A DNA stretch of 64,000 nucleotides from Escherichia coli (GCF_003790525.1 NZ_CP033635.1); one strand, 5' to 3'. Counted from the stretch's first letter, positions 22,532-37,183 are shown. Numbers and translations are program-made. Notes: a model not told the origin generated them from the sequence alone.

Positions 22532-22954
22532 CTAACGCCGATCGAGAGAAATCGCCCCCGGCCCGGTAATTGCCAACAGCAGGAATGCGCCAGCGATACT
22601 GACATTCTTCCAGAAATTAATCATATTTGGCCCAACCGCATCGCCGGTCATATCCCAGTAATGGTGACCAATTACCGCTGTACCCAGCGTGTAGAAAATA
22701 AACAGCACCGCCAGCGGACGGGTGAAAAAGCCAAGCACGATTAATATCGCGGCGGGCACTTCCATAACTACCGCAATAATCGCTGCCAGCATCGGCATTG
22801 GCGCGCCCAGCGAGGCCATATATTGGACCGTACCGTCAAAGCCCATCATTTTGGGAAAACCAAAAATAATGAAAATTAAGACCACGGCGATACGGGCAAT
22901 TAATAACAAAACGGGGCGTGCAGCACCAAAATCAAAATAACGTAGTGAGTTCAT
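22532..22954 (-). CDS. yphA: DoxX-family inner membrane protein, 140 aa
   Basis: [35 protein letters not shown]...; four hydrophobic helices. Confidence 0.85.
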   Translation of the reverse strand: MNSLRYFDFGAARPVLLLIARIAVVLIFIIFGFPKMMGFDGTVQYMASLGAPMPMLAAIIAVVMEVPAAILIVLGFFTRPLAVLFIFYTLGTAVIGHHYWDMTGDAVGPNMINFWKNVSIAGAFLLLAITGPGAISLDRR

Positions 22955-23050
22955 AACCAATCCCTTTGCAAGATAATGTGATTTAAACGTAATACACACT
23001 CTGGCACCTCGCCACGCCCCAGGAGTTTAGATATTCGCTAATTATCCTGG

Positions 23051-24262
<1,212 letters not shown>

Positions 24263-25075
24263 TTAAAGATCCAGCCCAGCCGCTACGTGGCGAATGCCGC
24301 GAATCGCTAAACCCGCATCAGCGTTGATCATCACACCGCTTAATGCGCGATTATTGCGCCGCGATGCCAACATCACATACGGACCCGTAAAATCCGCCGG
24401 TTGCGGGAAAAATTGCAGCGGTAATATGGCGGCAATTTTCTCCGGCGTCAGAGACTGCATTATCGAGGTTTCACTTTGCCCGAGCGCCTGTGGGCCGCGC
24501 AGGTCGCTGGCCATACCACACGGGCCGACGCCATTCACCCGCACTTTCGGTGCCAGTTCATAAGCCAGTTGGCGAATAAGTCCGGTTGCGGCATGTTTAC
24601 TGGCGGTGTACAGCGGGCCACCGCCGCCGGGATACCAGGCGGCATTTGACAGTGTGAAAATCATGCTGCCTTCACTGGCGATTAACGCCGGAGCGCAGGC
24701 TTTTGCGCCCAGCAGGTAACCGAGTACGTTGACGTTAAACAGCTCGTGGAAGCCGGTTTCGAGCGTCTCTGCGGGAGTATTAACCAGTGAGGCATTGTGA
24801 TCCCAGATGCCCGCATTGCCGATAAAACAATCCAGTTTGCCAGAACGAGTCAGGATCTGATCGAGCGCGCGTTGATAATCGGCATAACAGGTCACGTTGC
24901 CTTCCACCGCCAGAATATGTTCACCAAATCGCTGACGCAGACTGGCGACTTTCGCCGCCGACAGTTCCAGCGTGGCAACCTGCGCGCCTTCTTCGATAAA
25001 TCGCTCGACCAGCGCCAGGCCTAATCCCGATCCGCCGCCGGTAATAAAGATGGACTCGTTATGCAGATCGCTCAT
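24263..25075 (-). CDS. hcaB: 2,3-dihydroxy-2,3-dihydrophenylpropionate dehydrogenase (SDR), 270 aa
   Basis: SDR motifs TGGGSGLG and YTASK; position in hca operon. Confidence 0.93.
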   Translation of the reverse strand: MSDLHNESIFITGGGSGLGLALVERFIEEGAQVATLELSAAKVASLRQRFGEHILAVEGNVTCYADYQRALDQILTRSGKLDCFIGNAGIWDHNASLVNTPAETLETGFHELFNVNVLGYLLGAKACAPALIASEGSMIFTLSNAAWYPGGGGPLYTASKHAATGLIRQLAYELAPKVRVNGVGPCGMASDLRGPQALGQSETSIMQSLTPEKIAAILPLQFFPQPADFTGPYVMLASRRNNRALSGVMINADAGLAIRGIRHVAAGLDL

Positions 25076-25391
25076 GGCTGCGCCTCCGGTAAGTCGATGA
25101 AGATGTCACCACCTTCAACGTGTACTGGATAAGTGGTTAGCGGATCGGTGGCGGGCAGGCATAATGCTTTCCCCGTTTTCAGGCAAAAACTGGCGGCGTG
25201 CAGCGGGCACTCCACCGTGGCGTCATCTTCCAGATACCCTTCTGACATCGACGCATTACCATGGCTGCAACGATCGTTAATGGCATAAAACTCGCCGCCT
25301 ACGTTGAACAGGGCGATGACGGGCGAGGTATCGATCCGGAGAGCCTCACCCTCCGGCACATCCGCAACGGGACACGCATAAATTCGATTCA

Positions 25392-25392
<1 letters not shown>
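25072..25392 (-). CDS. hcaC: Rieske ferredoxin of 3-phenylpropionate dioxygenase, 106 aa
   Basis: Rieske motif CSHGN...CPLHAASF; overlaps hcaB start. Confidence 0.93.
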
Positions 25393-27304
<1,912 letters not shown>

Positions 27305-27403
27305 CTATTTTTGTGCCATAAGGATGTTGCTGGTTGGTTGCTGATATGTGAAATAGTTAATTTCTACCAGCTGAGACGTTTTTTCGATAACAAGGGGAAG
27401 GTG

Positions 27404-28294
27404 ATGGAACTACGGCATTTACGCTATTTCGTCGCAGTGGCGCAGGCACTGAACTTTACCCGTGCGGCGGAAAAACTGCATACCTCACAGCCTTCGTTAA
27501 GCAGCCAGATCCGCGATCTTGAAAACTGTGTCGGTGTTCCGTTACTGGTGAGGGATAAGCGCAAAGTCGCGTTGACGGCGGCGGGAGAATGTTTTCTCCA
27601 GGACGCGCTGGCAATCCTCGAACAAGCGGAAAATGCCAAATTACGGGCGCGGAAAATTGTTCAGGAAGACAGACAATTAACCATTGGCTTTGTGCCATCG
27701 GCGGAAGTGAATTTACTGCCAAAAGTATTACCGATGTTTCGTCTCAGACAGCCAGACACCTTAATTGAGCTGGTGAGTTTAATCACCACGGAACAGGAAG
27801 AAAAAATTCGCCGTGGTGAACTCGACGTCGGCTTAATGCGCCATCCCGTTTATAGCCCGGAGATTGATTATCTGGAGCTTTTTGACGAACCATTAGTGGT
27901 GGTGTTACCGGTTGATCACCCTTTAGCACATGAAAAAGAGATCACTGCCGCGCAACTGGATGGCGTGAATTTCGTCAGTACTGATCCAGCGTATTCCGGT
28001 TCGCTTGCGCCGATCGTTAAAGCGTGGTTTGCGCAAGAAAACAGCCAGCCAAATATCGTCCAGGTGGCAACGAATATTCTGGTGACCATGAATCTGGTGG
28101 GGATGGGGCTGGGCGTCACTTTGATACCCGGTTATATGAATAATTTTAATACCGGCCAGGTGGTATTTCGACCCATTGCCGGAAATGTGCCTGCCATTGC
28201 TTTACTGATGGCGTGGAAGAAAGGGGAGATGAAGCCGGCATTACGCGATTTCATCGCCATTGTGCAGGAACGTTTGGCAAGCGTAACGGCATAA
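27404..28294 (+). CDS. hcaR: LysR-family transcriptional activator of the hca operon, 296 aa
   Basis: MELRHLRYFVAVAQALNFTRAAEKLHTSQPSLSSQIRDLE LysR HTH; divergent from hcaE; track start 27311 is over-extended. Confidence 0.93.
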   Translation: MELRHLRYFVAVAQALNFTRAAEKLHTSQPSLSSQIRDLENCVGVPLLVRDKRKVALTAAGECFLQDALAILEQAENAKLRARKIVQEDRQLTIGFVPSAEVNLLPKVLPMFRLRQPDTLIELVSLITTEQEEKIRRGELDVGLMRHPVYSPEIDYLELFDEPLVVVLPVDHPLAHEKEITAAQLDGVNFVSTDPAYSGSLAPIVKAWFAQENSQPNIVQVATNILVTMNLVGMGLGVTLIPGYMNNFNTGQVVFRPIAGNVPAIALLMAWKKGEMKPALRDFIAIVQERLASVTA

Positions 28295-28453
28295 TTACGC
28301 ATTATTTTTGCAACATGCGTCGCGGATCGCAGTTTTTTAGTGCTTGTGAACTGGTGTTACAGACATCGGGAAGCAGGCTCGAATATTCTTATTTTTCAAC
28401 TTGCACCAACATTCGATTAACCCCAGACTAACGCCTCCTGACGGGAGGGACTC

Positions 28454-29593
28454 ATGGTTTTGCAATCCACGCGCTGGTTGGCGCTCGGCTATTTCACATA
28501 CTTTTTTAGTTACGGCATTTTTCTACCTTTCTGGAGCGTCTGGCTTAAAGGTATTGGTTTAACGCCAGAAACCATCGGCCTGTTATTGGGGGCGGGTCTG
28601 GTTGCCCGTTTCCTCGGGAGTTTGCTCATCGCGCCCCGCGTCAGCGATCCTTCCCGCCTGATTTCCGCCTTGCGCGTGCTGGCACTGCTGACACTTCTCT
28701 TTGCTGTCGCCTTCTGGGCGGGGGCGCACGTAGCGTGGCTGATGCTGGTGATGATTGGCTTTAACCTCTTTTTCTCACCGCTGGTACCGTTGACCGATGC
28801 ACTGGCGAATACGTGGCAAAAGCAGTTCCCGCTTGATTACGGCAAAGTGAGACTGTGGGGCTCGGTAGCGTTTGTCATTGGCTCGGCGCTGACGGGCAAA
28901 CTGGTCAGTATGTTTGATTATCGGGTGATCCTCGCGCTGTTGACGTTGGGCGTGGCATCCATGCTGCTCGGCTTTCTCATCCGTCCGACGATTCAGCCAC
29001 AAGGGGCAAGCCGCCAGCAGGAGAGCACCGGTTGGTCTGCGTGGTTGGCGTTGGTTCGCCAGAACTGGCGCTTTCTGGCCTGCGTTTGTTTATTGCAGGG
29101 GGCACATGCGGCCTATTACGGTTTTAGCGCCATTTACTGGCAGGCAGCTGGCTACTCGGCCTCGGCGGTGGGCTATTTGTGGTCGCTGGGCGTGGTGGCA
29201 GAAGTCATTATCTTTGCGCTGAGTAATAAGCTTTTCCGCCGTTGTAGCGCCCGTGATATGTTGCTGATCTCGGCAGTATGTGGGGTATTGCGTTGGGGAA
29301 TTATGGGGGCAACCACTGAGCTACTGTGGTTGATTATGGTGCAAATTTTGCATTGCGGCACCTTCACCGTGTGCCATCTGACCGCTATGCGCTACATTGC
29401 TGCTCGCCAGGGTAGCGAAGTCATCCGTTTACAGGCGGTTTACTCTGCCGTCGCGATGGGCGGCAGTATCGCCATCATGACCGTTTTCGCCGGTTTCCTG
29501 TATCAATATCTCGGCCACGGCGTGTTCTGGGTGATGGCGCTGGTGGCGCTTCCGGCAATGTTTTTGCGCCCGAAAGTTGTTCCCTCATGCTGA
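28454..29593 (+). CDS. hcaT: MFS transporter (putative 3-phenylpropionate permease), 379 aa
   Basis: 12-TM MFS-like hydrophobicity; adjacent to hcaR. Confidence 0.9.
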   Translation: MVLQSTRWLALGYFTYFFSYGIFLPFWSVWLKGIGLTPETIGLLLGAGLVARFLGSLLIAPRVSDPSRLISALRVLALLTLLFAVAFWAGAHVAWLMLVMIGFNLFFSPLVPLTDALANTWQKQFPLDYGKVRLWGSVAFVIGSALTGKLVSMFDYRVILALLTLGVASMLLGFLIRPTIQPQGASRQQESTGWSAWLALVRQNWRFLACVCLLQGAHAAYYGFSAIYWQAAGYSASAVGYLWSLGVVAEVIIFALSNKLFRRCSARDMLLISAVCGVLRWGIMGATTELLWLIMVQILHCGTFTVCHLTAMRYIAARQGSEVIRLQAVYSAVAMGGSIAIMTVFAGFLYQYLGHGVFWVMALVALPAMFLRPKVVPSC

Positions 29594-30865
29594 TTCGAGC
29601 ATTTTGCGGATCTGCTCCTGTTGATGTGTTGTCAACGTCAGGTCCGTATAGATCAGCGGTGGTGAAAAGAGCGGTAACGGCATGGTATAAGGAGCAATAA
29701 TCAGTGCCGCGCCGCGCGGAGCGCCTGTCTGCAAAAATGCCTTTACCGACATATGTTTAATGTTGAGCGGCAGTAACGTTAGTTCGCGTAGCTGCTGCTC
29801 AATCTGCGCTTCTCGCTCGCTATCATTCCCGGTCAGTAGAATAATCTGTTTCTCATGCAGGTCGTTTTCCTGCATTAGCCAGGCACCGAAAATCACCGCG
29901 ACCAGACCGCTTTCCTCATCAGAAAGATGGACGCCGTATTCACTTTCAAATCCGGCCAGCGCCGCGCGGGTGGTGCGCACCAGGCGTGGATACAGGCGGG
30001 CGAACTCTTCCGGCAGGGTGTTATCAATACCGATGGCAAACAAACTGCGATTTAACGCCTGGGCGAGGTGGGTATAAAGCTGATCGCACAACCCCTGTTC
30101 ATCATAAAAACGAACATTTCCCAGCTCACGAAAATGGTTTACCAGACGTTTGATAGACTGACGCAGTTGTCTGTCCCGCTGATGCGCATCCCGCAGTGGA
30201 TCGGGAACCCGCAACATGGAAAAAAGTAATGCCATGAACAGTGGCTCATCAGGCGGTACAGGCTGGAGCGCCCGACGCTGCCAGTGGCGTCCAATTTCCT
30301 GCGCTACCTGAAATTCAAGGCAGGATTCCGCCCAGCGACGTTGGAGCGGATTAAACTGAGGCGTAATTCCAGCGTGGTGTTGCAGCAAACAATATTGCAG
30401 ATACAGACACAGGAAATGAATATCGCGCGTTTCAAAGCGTTTTTGCAGCCGTCGGGAGCAGAGATTCACTAACGCTTGTAGATTGGTATCGTCGTAAAAG
30501 TTACGCGCAATTCCGCGCCGCTTCAGTTCACTCTTCAGGGCGGGGGTGAAATGGCTGGTAATAAATGACGGACACAGACGGAAACCACGTCGTAGCCAGT
30601 GAAATAAACACAAACGTTGGTTAAGCACTGTACCTTCAACCCGGTAGCTACCGTCATAACCAGTAGTCAGTGTGAGTTGATGATAGCGCAGGATCTCCCG
30701 TCCTGTTTCGCTGATATCAAGACTGGCAATATCATCATCCACACCATTAAGCTCGCTGAAAGTTGCCGTGGTGGCGGTCAACCCCGGCTGAAAGAGTGTC
30801 AGCAAGATCTGGCAGCGGCGCTGGGGAGCCGAAAGGACAGATGGTGGAGCAAGCGTAGGCATCAT
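29585..30865 (-). CDS. csiE: Stationary-phase-inducible protein CsiE, 426 aa
   Basis: Starts MMPTLAPPSVLSAPQRRCQILLTLF; PRD-like helical protein; 3' end overlaps hcaT 3' end by 9 nt. Confidence 0.88.
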   Translation of the reverse strand: MMPTLAPPSVLSAPQRRCQILLTLFQPGLTATTATFSELNGVDDDIASLDISETGREILRYHQLTLTTGYDGSYRVEGTVLNQRLCLFHWLRRGFRLCPSFITSHFTPALKSELKRRGIARNFYDDTNLQALVNLCSRRLQKRFETRDIHFLCLYLQYCLLQHHAGITPQFNPLQRRWAESCLEFQVAQEIGRHWQRRALQPVPPDEPLFMALLFSMLRVPDPLRDAHQRDRQLRQSIKRLVNHFRELGNVRFYDEQGLCDQLYTHLAQALNRSLFAIGIDNTLPEEFARLYPRLVRTTRAALAGFESEYGVHLSDEESGLVAVIFGAWLMQENDLHEKQIILLTGNDSEREAQIEQQLRELTLLPLNIKHMSVKAFLQTGAPRGAALIIAPYTMPLPLFSPPLIYTDLTLTTHQQEQIRKMLESA

Positions 30866-31055
30866 CTGTAGATCTCCCATAAGCATAATTGATAAGAATA
30901 GCTAAAGTTTGCTCAGGGAAATGGCGAAGGGAATGCTAATCATCAGAAATGTTGGCAAGCGTCACAGAATTTTTCTCATCTTAAACTGTTCTGACCAGTG
31001 GATTAGCATGTCTTAAGGTGGTTTTGTGAATGATTATCGTGCTAGCGATCATGGG

Positions 31056-31910
31056 TTAGTTCTGCGGATTCAACGCGCTAAGGATAAAATCCACCATCTG
31101 TTCGCGATAAACATCGCCGTGACGATCAGAAAAAGCATCAATGTGTTCGCCATCCGGGATTAGGATCAACCGTTTTGGCTCTTTTGCCAGGCTATACAAC
31201 TTTTCGCTGTGCTGCCATGGGATAACGTGATCAGCTTTACCGTGAATGAGTAAAAGCGGGATCGGGCTGACGCTGGCGATGTAATTTTCGCCGCTGTAAC
31301 TCTCATCAAGTAAGTAGCCACTGCCGGGGATCATCTGGTTGGCGATGGTCGCATAAGAGGCAAATGTGGAGTCGAGGATCACCGCACGTATGCCTTCACG
31401 ATCACCCTGACCAATAACATCAAGAATATTCGCCCCGCCAATACTCTGCCCGAACAGCACCAGCCGTTGTGGGTTTACATCACTGCGATGGCGCGCCACA
31501 TTGATGGCACTTTGCGTATCGTCTAATAACCCTGCCTGAGAAGGTTTTCCTTTTGATTTACCAAACCCGCGATAATCAAACATAAAAACGTTGAAATTAC
31601 GCTCGGGTAACCAACTGACCAGCGGCCAGTGGGCGGACATATTTCCGGCATTGCCGTGAGCATGAATAATGGTAGCAATGGCGTTATCAGCAGGGCCCGT
31701 CGAAGAAGGAATAAACCAGCCTTGCAGACGAGTACCGTCCTTAGCCGTAAATTCGACGGATTCCGCCGACCAGGGGTCGGGACCGTATATTTTATCGTCA
31801 GGATAATAGAAGAAGTTGATGGCGACGCGCGGCACTAAATAAACGCAGAAGGCAACAACAAAGAGAATAAACAGAATTTTGAGAACGCGTTTGTTCACTG
31901 GCAGCGCCAT
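31056..31910 (-). CDS. yfhR: Alpha/beta-hydrolase (S9 peptidase-like) membrane-anchored protein
   Basis: N-terminal TM anchor; GQSIGG nucleophile elbow (G-x-S-x-G) and downstream Asp/His; start could be 31937 (track) instead. Confidence 0.85.
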   Translation of the reverse strand: MALPVNKRVLKILFILFVVAFCVYLVPRVAINFFYYPDDKIYGPDPWSAESVEFTAKDGTRLQGWFIPSSTGPADNAIATIIHAHGNAGNMSAHWPLVSWLPERNFNVFMFDYRGFGKSKGKPSQAGLLDDTQSAINVARHRSDVNPQRLVLFGQSIGGANILDVIGQGDREGIRAVILDSTFASYATIANQMIPGSGYLLDESYSGENYIASVSPIPLLLIHGKADHVIPWQHSEKLYSLAKEPKRLILIPDGEHIDAFSDRHGDVYREQMVDFILSALNPQN

Positions 31911-32054
31911 AACCTTTCCTTGCGACTTCTTTATCATCCATTAATCGGGGAAAGATGGTGGGAGAGTGACGAAAGAAAGTAAAGCGGTGAGGAAGTATTT
32001 CGGAATAGCGCCTGAAAGGCGAGGGCGGGTGAGTGACATCACCCGCCAGAGTCA

Positions 32055-32858
32055 TTAACGCTTCAGGGCGTCGCTTAACTCGTCACGCATATTCGCCAGC
32101 ATGGCTTTCACAACGCGCGGGTTACCAGCAACGATGTTACCGGTCAGCATATAGTTATGACCACCGGTGAAGTCGCTGACGATGCCGCCCGCTTCACGAA
32201 CCAGCAGCTCGCCTGCCGCGAAATCCCACGGGCGCAGACCGATTTCAAAGAAACCGTCAACACGACCCGCAGCGACGTAAGCCAGATCCAGCGCCGCAGA
32301 ACCGGTACGACGGAAGTCTGCACATTCGTTGAACAGTTTGCCGACGATGTTGATGTAGGTAGTGGCGTACTGTTTTGCTTTGAACGGGAAGCCGGTCGCC
32401 AGAATAGTACCGTCGAGATCGCGAGCGGTGCTGCCGCGCAGACGGTAGCCGTTCAGCTGTGCGCCCTGACCGCGAGTGGCGGTGAACAGTTCGTTACGCA
32501 TAGGATCGTATACCACAGCAACTTCGGTGCGGCCTTTGATACGAACGGCGATAGATACCGCGAAGTGCGGCAGACGTTTGATAAAGTTGGTAGTGCCATC
32601 CAGTGGATCGATAACCCATTGAACATCCTGATCGGTACCTTCAAGTTCACCGCTTTCTTCGGTGATGATGGTGTGCTGTGGGTAAGATTTACGAATCGTG
32701 TCGATAATCACCGCTTCGGCAGCTTTATCTACGTTGGTCACGAAATCGTTACTGCCTTTCTGGCTCGCTTCTACAGCGTCCGGGGTTTCATAGTTTTTGG
32801 CAATTAAATTACCCGCCTTGCGCGCTGCGCGCACGGCGATGTTCAGCATCGGATGCAT
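32055..32858 (-). CDS. suhB: Inositol-1-monophosphatase / NusA-interacting protein, 267 aa
   Basis: MHPMLNIAVRAARKAGNLI..., IMPase motifs DPLDGT and WDFAAG. Confidence 0.96.
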   Translation of the reverse strand: MHPMLNIAVRAARKAGNLIAKNYETPDAVEASQKGSNDFVTNVDKAAEAVIIDTIRKSYPQHTIITEESGELEGTDQDVQWVIDPLDGTTNFIKRLPHFAVSIAVRIKGRTEVAVVYDPMRNELFTATRGQGAQLNGYRLRGSTARDLDGTILATGFPFKAKQYATTYINIVGKLFNECADFRRTGSAALDLAYVAAGRVDGFFEIGLRPWDFAAGELLVREAGGIVSDFTGGHNYMLTGNIVAGNPRVVKAMLANMRDELSDALKR

Positions 32859-32976
32859 CGGTCTCTCTCACTGGATGTTAAAGAACGGGAAAACGGCGCA
32901 GAGTATAGCAGCGAGATCGGCATCTGTCTTCGTTTTATGATAAGATGCGCGAATAATCTTTAGACGAAGAAAGACA

Positions 32977-33717
32977 ATGCTGCAAAATATTCGAATTGTG
33001 CTGGTGGAGACGTCACACACCGGCAATATGGGTTCTGTTGCCCGTGCCATGAAAACAATGGGATTAACCAATCTGTGGCTGGTTAATCCACTGGTGAAAC
33101 CTGACTCCCAGGCGATTGCCCTGGCAGCAGGGGCCAGCGATGTGATTGGTAATGCTCACATCGTCGATACGCTCGACGAAGCGTTGGCTGGTTGTAGCCT
33201 GGTGGTGGGCACCAGCGCACGTTCCCGCACGCTGCCGTGGCCGATGCTCGACCCGCGCGAATGCGGTCTGAAAAGCGTCGCTGAAGCGGCAAATACCCCG
33301 GTGGCGCTGGTTTTTGGTCGTGAGCGTGTTGGCTTGACCAATGAAGAGTTGCAGAAATGCCATTATCATGTCGCGATTGCCGCGAACCCGGAATACAGTT
33401 CGCTGAACCTGGCGATGGCGGTTCAGGTTATTGCCTATGAAGTGCGCATGGCCTGGCTGGCAACTCAGGAAAATGGCGAGCAGGTCGAGCATGAAGAGAC
33501 GCCGTATCCGCTGGTCGATGATCTGGAGCGTTTTTATGGTCATCTGGAGCAAACGCTGCTGGCAACCGGTTTTATCCGTGAAAACCATCCGGGGCAGGTG
33601 ATGAATAAATTGCGCCGTCTGTTTACCCGTGCACGCCCGGAAAGCCAGGAATTGAATATCCTGCGCGGGATTCTGGCTTCTATTGAGCAGCAGAATAAAG
33701 GTAACAAGGCCGAATAA
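32977..33717 (+). CDS. trmJ: tRNA (cytidine/uridine-2'-O)-methyltransferase TrmJ, 246 aa
   Basis: SPOUT methyltransferase [29 protein letters not shown]; precedes iscR as in K-12. Confidence 0.94.
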
Positions 33718-33725
33718 CAGTGGTT

Positions 33726-33810
33726 GCCTGATGTGATGCTTAACGCGTCTTATCAGGCTTGTAAGTGCACGGAATCCCAGGTCGGATAAGGTGTTCACAC
33801 CGCATCCGAC
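33726..33810. repeat. BIME: two inverted REP elements
   Basis: gcctgatgtgatgcttaacgcgtcttatcaggc and gtcggataaggtgttcacaccgcatccgac, both REP-type palindromes. Confidence 0.65.
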
Positions 33811-33853
33811 AACAGGTACAAACGCCACGATAAAAAAATGGCACTGAAGGTTA

Positions 33854-33916
33854 AATACCCGACTAAATCAGTCAAGTAAATAGTTGACCAATTTACTCGG
33901 GAATGTCAGACTTGAC
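33854..33916 (+). promoter_or_regulatory. IscR type-1 autoregulatory operators overlapping the iscR promoter
   Basis: ATACCCGACTAAATCAGTCAAGTAAAT and AATAGTTGACCAATTTACTCGGGAATGTCAGACTTGAC resemble the type-1 IscR motif; includes the -35-like TTGACC. Confidence 0.55.
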
Positions 33917-33987
33917 CCTGCTATGCAATACCCCCACTTTTACAATAAAAAACCCCGGGCAGGGGCGAGTTTGAGGTGAAGTAAGAC

Positions 33988-34476
33988 ATGAGACTGACAT
34001 CTAAAGGGCGCTATGCCGTGACCGCAATGCTTGACGTTGCGCTCAACTCTGAAGCGGGCCCGGTACCGTTGGCTGATATTTCCGAACGTCAGGGAATTTC
34101 CCTTTCTTATCTGGAACAACTGTTTTCCCGTCTGCGTAAAAATGGTCTGGTTTCCAGCGTACGTGGACCAGGCGGTGGTTATCTGTTAGGCAAAGATGCC
34201 AGCAGCATCGCCGTTGGCGAAGTGATTAGCGCCGTTGACGAATCTGTAGATGCCACCCGTTGTCAGGGTAAAGGCGGCTGCCAGGGCGGCGATAAATGCC
34301 TGACCCACGCGCTGTGGCGTGATTTGAGCGACCGTCTTACCGGTTTTCTCAATAACATTACTTTAGGCGAACTGGTTAATAACCAGGAAGTGCTGGATGT
34401 GTCTGGTCGTCAGCATACTCACGACGCGCCACGCACCCGCACACAAGACGCGATCGACGTTAAGTTACGCGCTTAA
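33988..34476 (+). CDS. iscR: Fe-S cluster regulator IscR (Rrf2 family), 162 aa
   Basis: [22 protein letters not shown]rf2 HTH; cluster ligands in [16 protein letters not shown]. Confidence 0.97.
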
Positions 34477-34587
34477 TAAAAAGAATTCAGAATCAGGCCG
34501 GAGTGCTAAACACTCCGTAAACACGGTCGTACATCCAGCCGGTAGCCTGGTTCCTTGCATTGAGTGATGTACGGAGTTTATAGAGCA

Positions 34588-35802
34588 ATGAAATTACCGA
34601 TTTATCTCGACTACTCCGCAACCACGCCGGTGGACCCGCGTGTTGCCGAGAAAATGATGCAGTTTATGACGATGGACGGAACCTTTGGTAACCCGGCCTC
34701 CCGTTCTCACCGTTTCGGCTGGCAGGCTGAAGAAGCGGTTGATATCGCCCGTAATCAGATTGCAGATCTGGTCGGCGCTGACCCGCGTGAAATCGTCTTT
34801 ACCTCTGGTGCAACCGAATCTGACAACCTGGCGATCAAAGGTGCAGCCAACTTTTATCAGAAAAAAGGCAAGCACATCATCACCAGCAAAACCGAACACA
34901 AAGCGGTACTGGATACCTGCCGTCAGCTGGAGCGCGAAGGTTTCGAAGTCACCTACCTGGCACCGCAGCGTAACGGCATTATCGACCTGAAAGAACTTGA
35001 AGCAGCGATGCGTGACGACACCATCCTCGTTTCTATCATGCACGTGAATAACGAAATCGGCGTGGTGCAGGATATCGCGGCTATCGGCGAAATGTGCCGT
35101 GCTCGCGGCATTATCTATCACGTTGATGCAACCCAGAGCGTGGGCAAACTGCCTATCGACCTGAGCCAGTTGAAAGTTGACCTGATGTCATTCTCCGGTC
35201 ACAAAATCTATGGCCCGAAAGGTATCGGTGCGCTGTATGTGCGTCGTAAACCGCGCGTACGCATCGAAGCGCAAATGCACGGTGGCGGTCACGAGCGCGG
35301 TATGCGTTCCGGCACTCTGCCTGTTCACCAGATCGTTGGTATGGGCGAAGCCTATCGCATCGCAAAAGAAGAGATGGCGACCGAGATGGAACGTCTGCGC
35401 GGCCTGCGTAACCGTCTGTGGAACGGCATCAAAGATATCGAAGAAGTTTACCTGAACGGTGACCTGGAACACGGTGCGCCGAACATTCTCAACGTCAGCT
35501 TCAACTACGTTGAAGGTGAGTCGCTGATTATGGCGCTGAAAGACCTCGCGGTTTCTTCAGGTTCCGCCTGTACGTCAGCAAGCCTCGAACCGTCCTACGT
35601 GCTGCGCGCGCTGGGGCTGAACGACGAGCTGGCACATAGCTCTATCCGTTTCTCTTTAGGTCGTTTTACTACTGAAGAAGAGATCGACTACACCATCGAG
35701 TTAGTTCGTAAATCCATCGGTCGTCTGCGTGACCTTTCTCCGCTGTGGGAAATGTACAAGCAGGGCGTGGATCTGAACAGCATCGAATGGGCACATCATT
35801 AA
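34588..35802 (+). CDS. iscS: Cysteine desulfurase IscS, 404 aa
   Basis: [22 protein letters not shown] lysine [12 protein letters not shown], active-site loop SSGSACTS. Confidence 0.97.
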
Positions 35803-35829
35803 TCGGTATCGGAATCAGGAGAATTTATA

Positions 35830-36216
35830 ATGGCTTACAGCGAAAAAGTTATCGACCATTACGAGAATCCGCGTAACGTGGGTTCTTTTGACAACAACGA
35901 CGAGAACGTCGGCAGCGGCATGGTGGGTGCACCGGCCTGTGGCGACGTGATGAAGTTGCAGATTAAAGTCAACGATGAAGGTATCATTGAAGACGCGCGT
36001 TTTAAAACTTACGGCTGCGGTTCTGCTATCGCTTCCAGCTCCCTGGTCACCGAATGGGTGAAAGGGAAGTCTCTCGACGAAGCGCAGGCGATCAAAAACA
36101 CCGATATTGCTGAAGAACTTGAACTGCCGCCAGTGAAAATTCACTGTTCTATTCTGGCAGAAGACGCGATCAAAGCCGCCATTGCGGACTATAAAAGCAA
36201 ACGTGAAGCAAAATAA
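35830..36216 (+). CDS. iscU: Fe-S cluster scaffold IscU, 128 aa
   Basis: MAYSEKVIDHYENPRNVG, conserved Cys in GAPACGD and YGCGSAIA, LPPVKIHCS. Confidence 0.97.
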   Translation: MAYSEKVIDHYENPRNVGSFDNNDENVGSGMVGAPACGDVMKLQIKVNDEGIIEDARFKTYGCGSAIASSSLVTEWVKGKSLDEAQAIKNTDIAEELELPPVKIHCSILAEDAIKAAIADYKSKREAK

Positions 36217-36232
36217 GAGTTGAGGTTTGGTT

Positions 36233-36556
36233 ATGTCGATTACACTGAGCGACAGTGCAGCAGCGCGAGTAAATACCTTTCTGGCTAACCGTGGCAAAGG
36301 GTTTGGCCTGCGTCTGGGCGTGAGAACCTCCGGATGTTCAGGTATGGCTTATGTACTGGAATTTGTTGACGAACCGACGCCGGAAGACATCGTGTTTGAA
36401 GACAAAGGCGTGAAAGTCGTGGTCGATGGCAAAAGCCTGCAATTTCTGGACGGTACGCAGCTGGACTTCGTAAAAGAAGGCCTGAACGAAGGGTTTAAAT
36501 TCACCAACCCGAACGTTAAAGATGAGTGTGGTTGCGGCGAAAGCTTCCACGTTTGA
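36233..36556 (+). CDS. iscA: Fe-S cluster A-type carrier IscA, 107 aa
   Basis: [13 protein letters not shown]..., C-terminal CGCGESF motif. Confidence 0.96.
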   Translation: MSITLSDSAAARVNTFLANRGKGFGLRLGVRTSGCSGMAYVLEFVDEPTPEDIVFEDKGVKVVVDGKSLQFLDGTQLDFVKEGLNEGFKFTNPNVKDECGCGESFHV

Positions 36557-36651
36557 TGCGCATACCGATAACCCCACCGTGGTCGCCTGCGCGTGGGGTT
36601 TGTTTTACCTGATTCGCCGTTATCGCGGCGGATCGCAGCCCTGAGAATGTT

Positions 36652-37167
36652 ATGGATTACTTCACCCTCTTTGGCTTGCCTGCCCGTTATCAACTCGATA
36701 CCCAGGCACTGAGCCTGCGTTTTCAGGATCTACAACGTCAGTATCATCCTGATAAATTCGCCAGCGGAAGCCAGGCGGAACAACTCGCCGCCGTACAGCA
36801 ATCTGCAACCATTAACCAGGCCTGGCAAACGCTGCGTCATCCGTTAATGCGCGCGGAATATTTACTTTCTTTGCACGGTTTTGATCTCGCCTGCGAGCAG
36901 CATACTGTGCGCGACACCGCGTTCCTGATGGAACAGCTGGAACTGCGCGAAGAACTGGACGAGATCGAACAGGCGAAAGATGAAGCGCGGCTGGAAAGCT
37001 TTATCAAACGTGTGAAAAAGATGTTTGATACCCGCCATCAGTTGATGGTTGAACAGTTAGACAACGAGACGTGGGACGCGGCGGCGGATACCGTGCGTAA
37101 GCTGCGTTTTCTCGATAAACTGCGAAGCAGTGCCGAACAACTCGAAGAAAAACTGCTCGATTTTTAA
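36652..37167 (+). CDS. hscB: Co-chaperone HscB (J-domain), 171 aa
   Basis: [17 protein letters not shown]-domain with HPD motif (QYHPDKF). Confidence 0.96.
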   Translation: MDYFTLFGLPARYQLDTQALSLRFQDLQRQYHPDKFASGSQAEQLAAVQQSATINQAWQTLRHPLMRAEYLLSLHGFDLACEQHTVRDTAFLMEQLELREELDEIEQAKDEARLESFIKRVKKMFDTRHQLMVEQLDNETWDAAADTVRKLRFLDKLRSSAEQLEEKLLDF

Positions 37168-37183
37168 TTTCTGGAAGCTAAAC

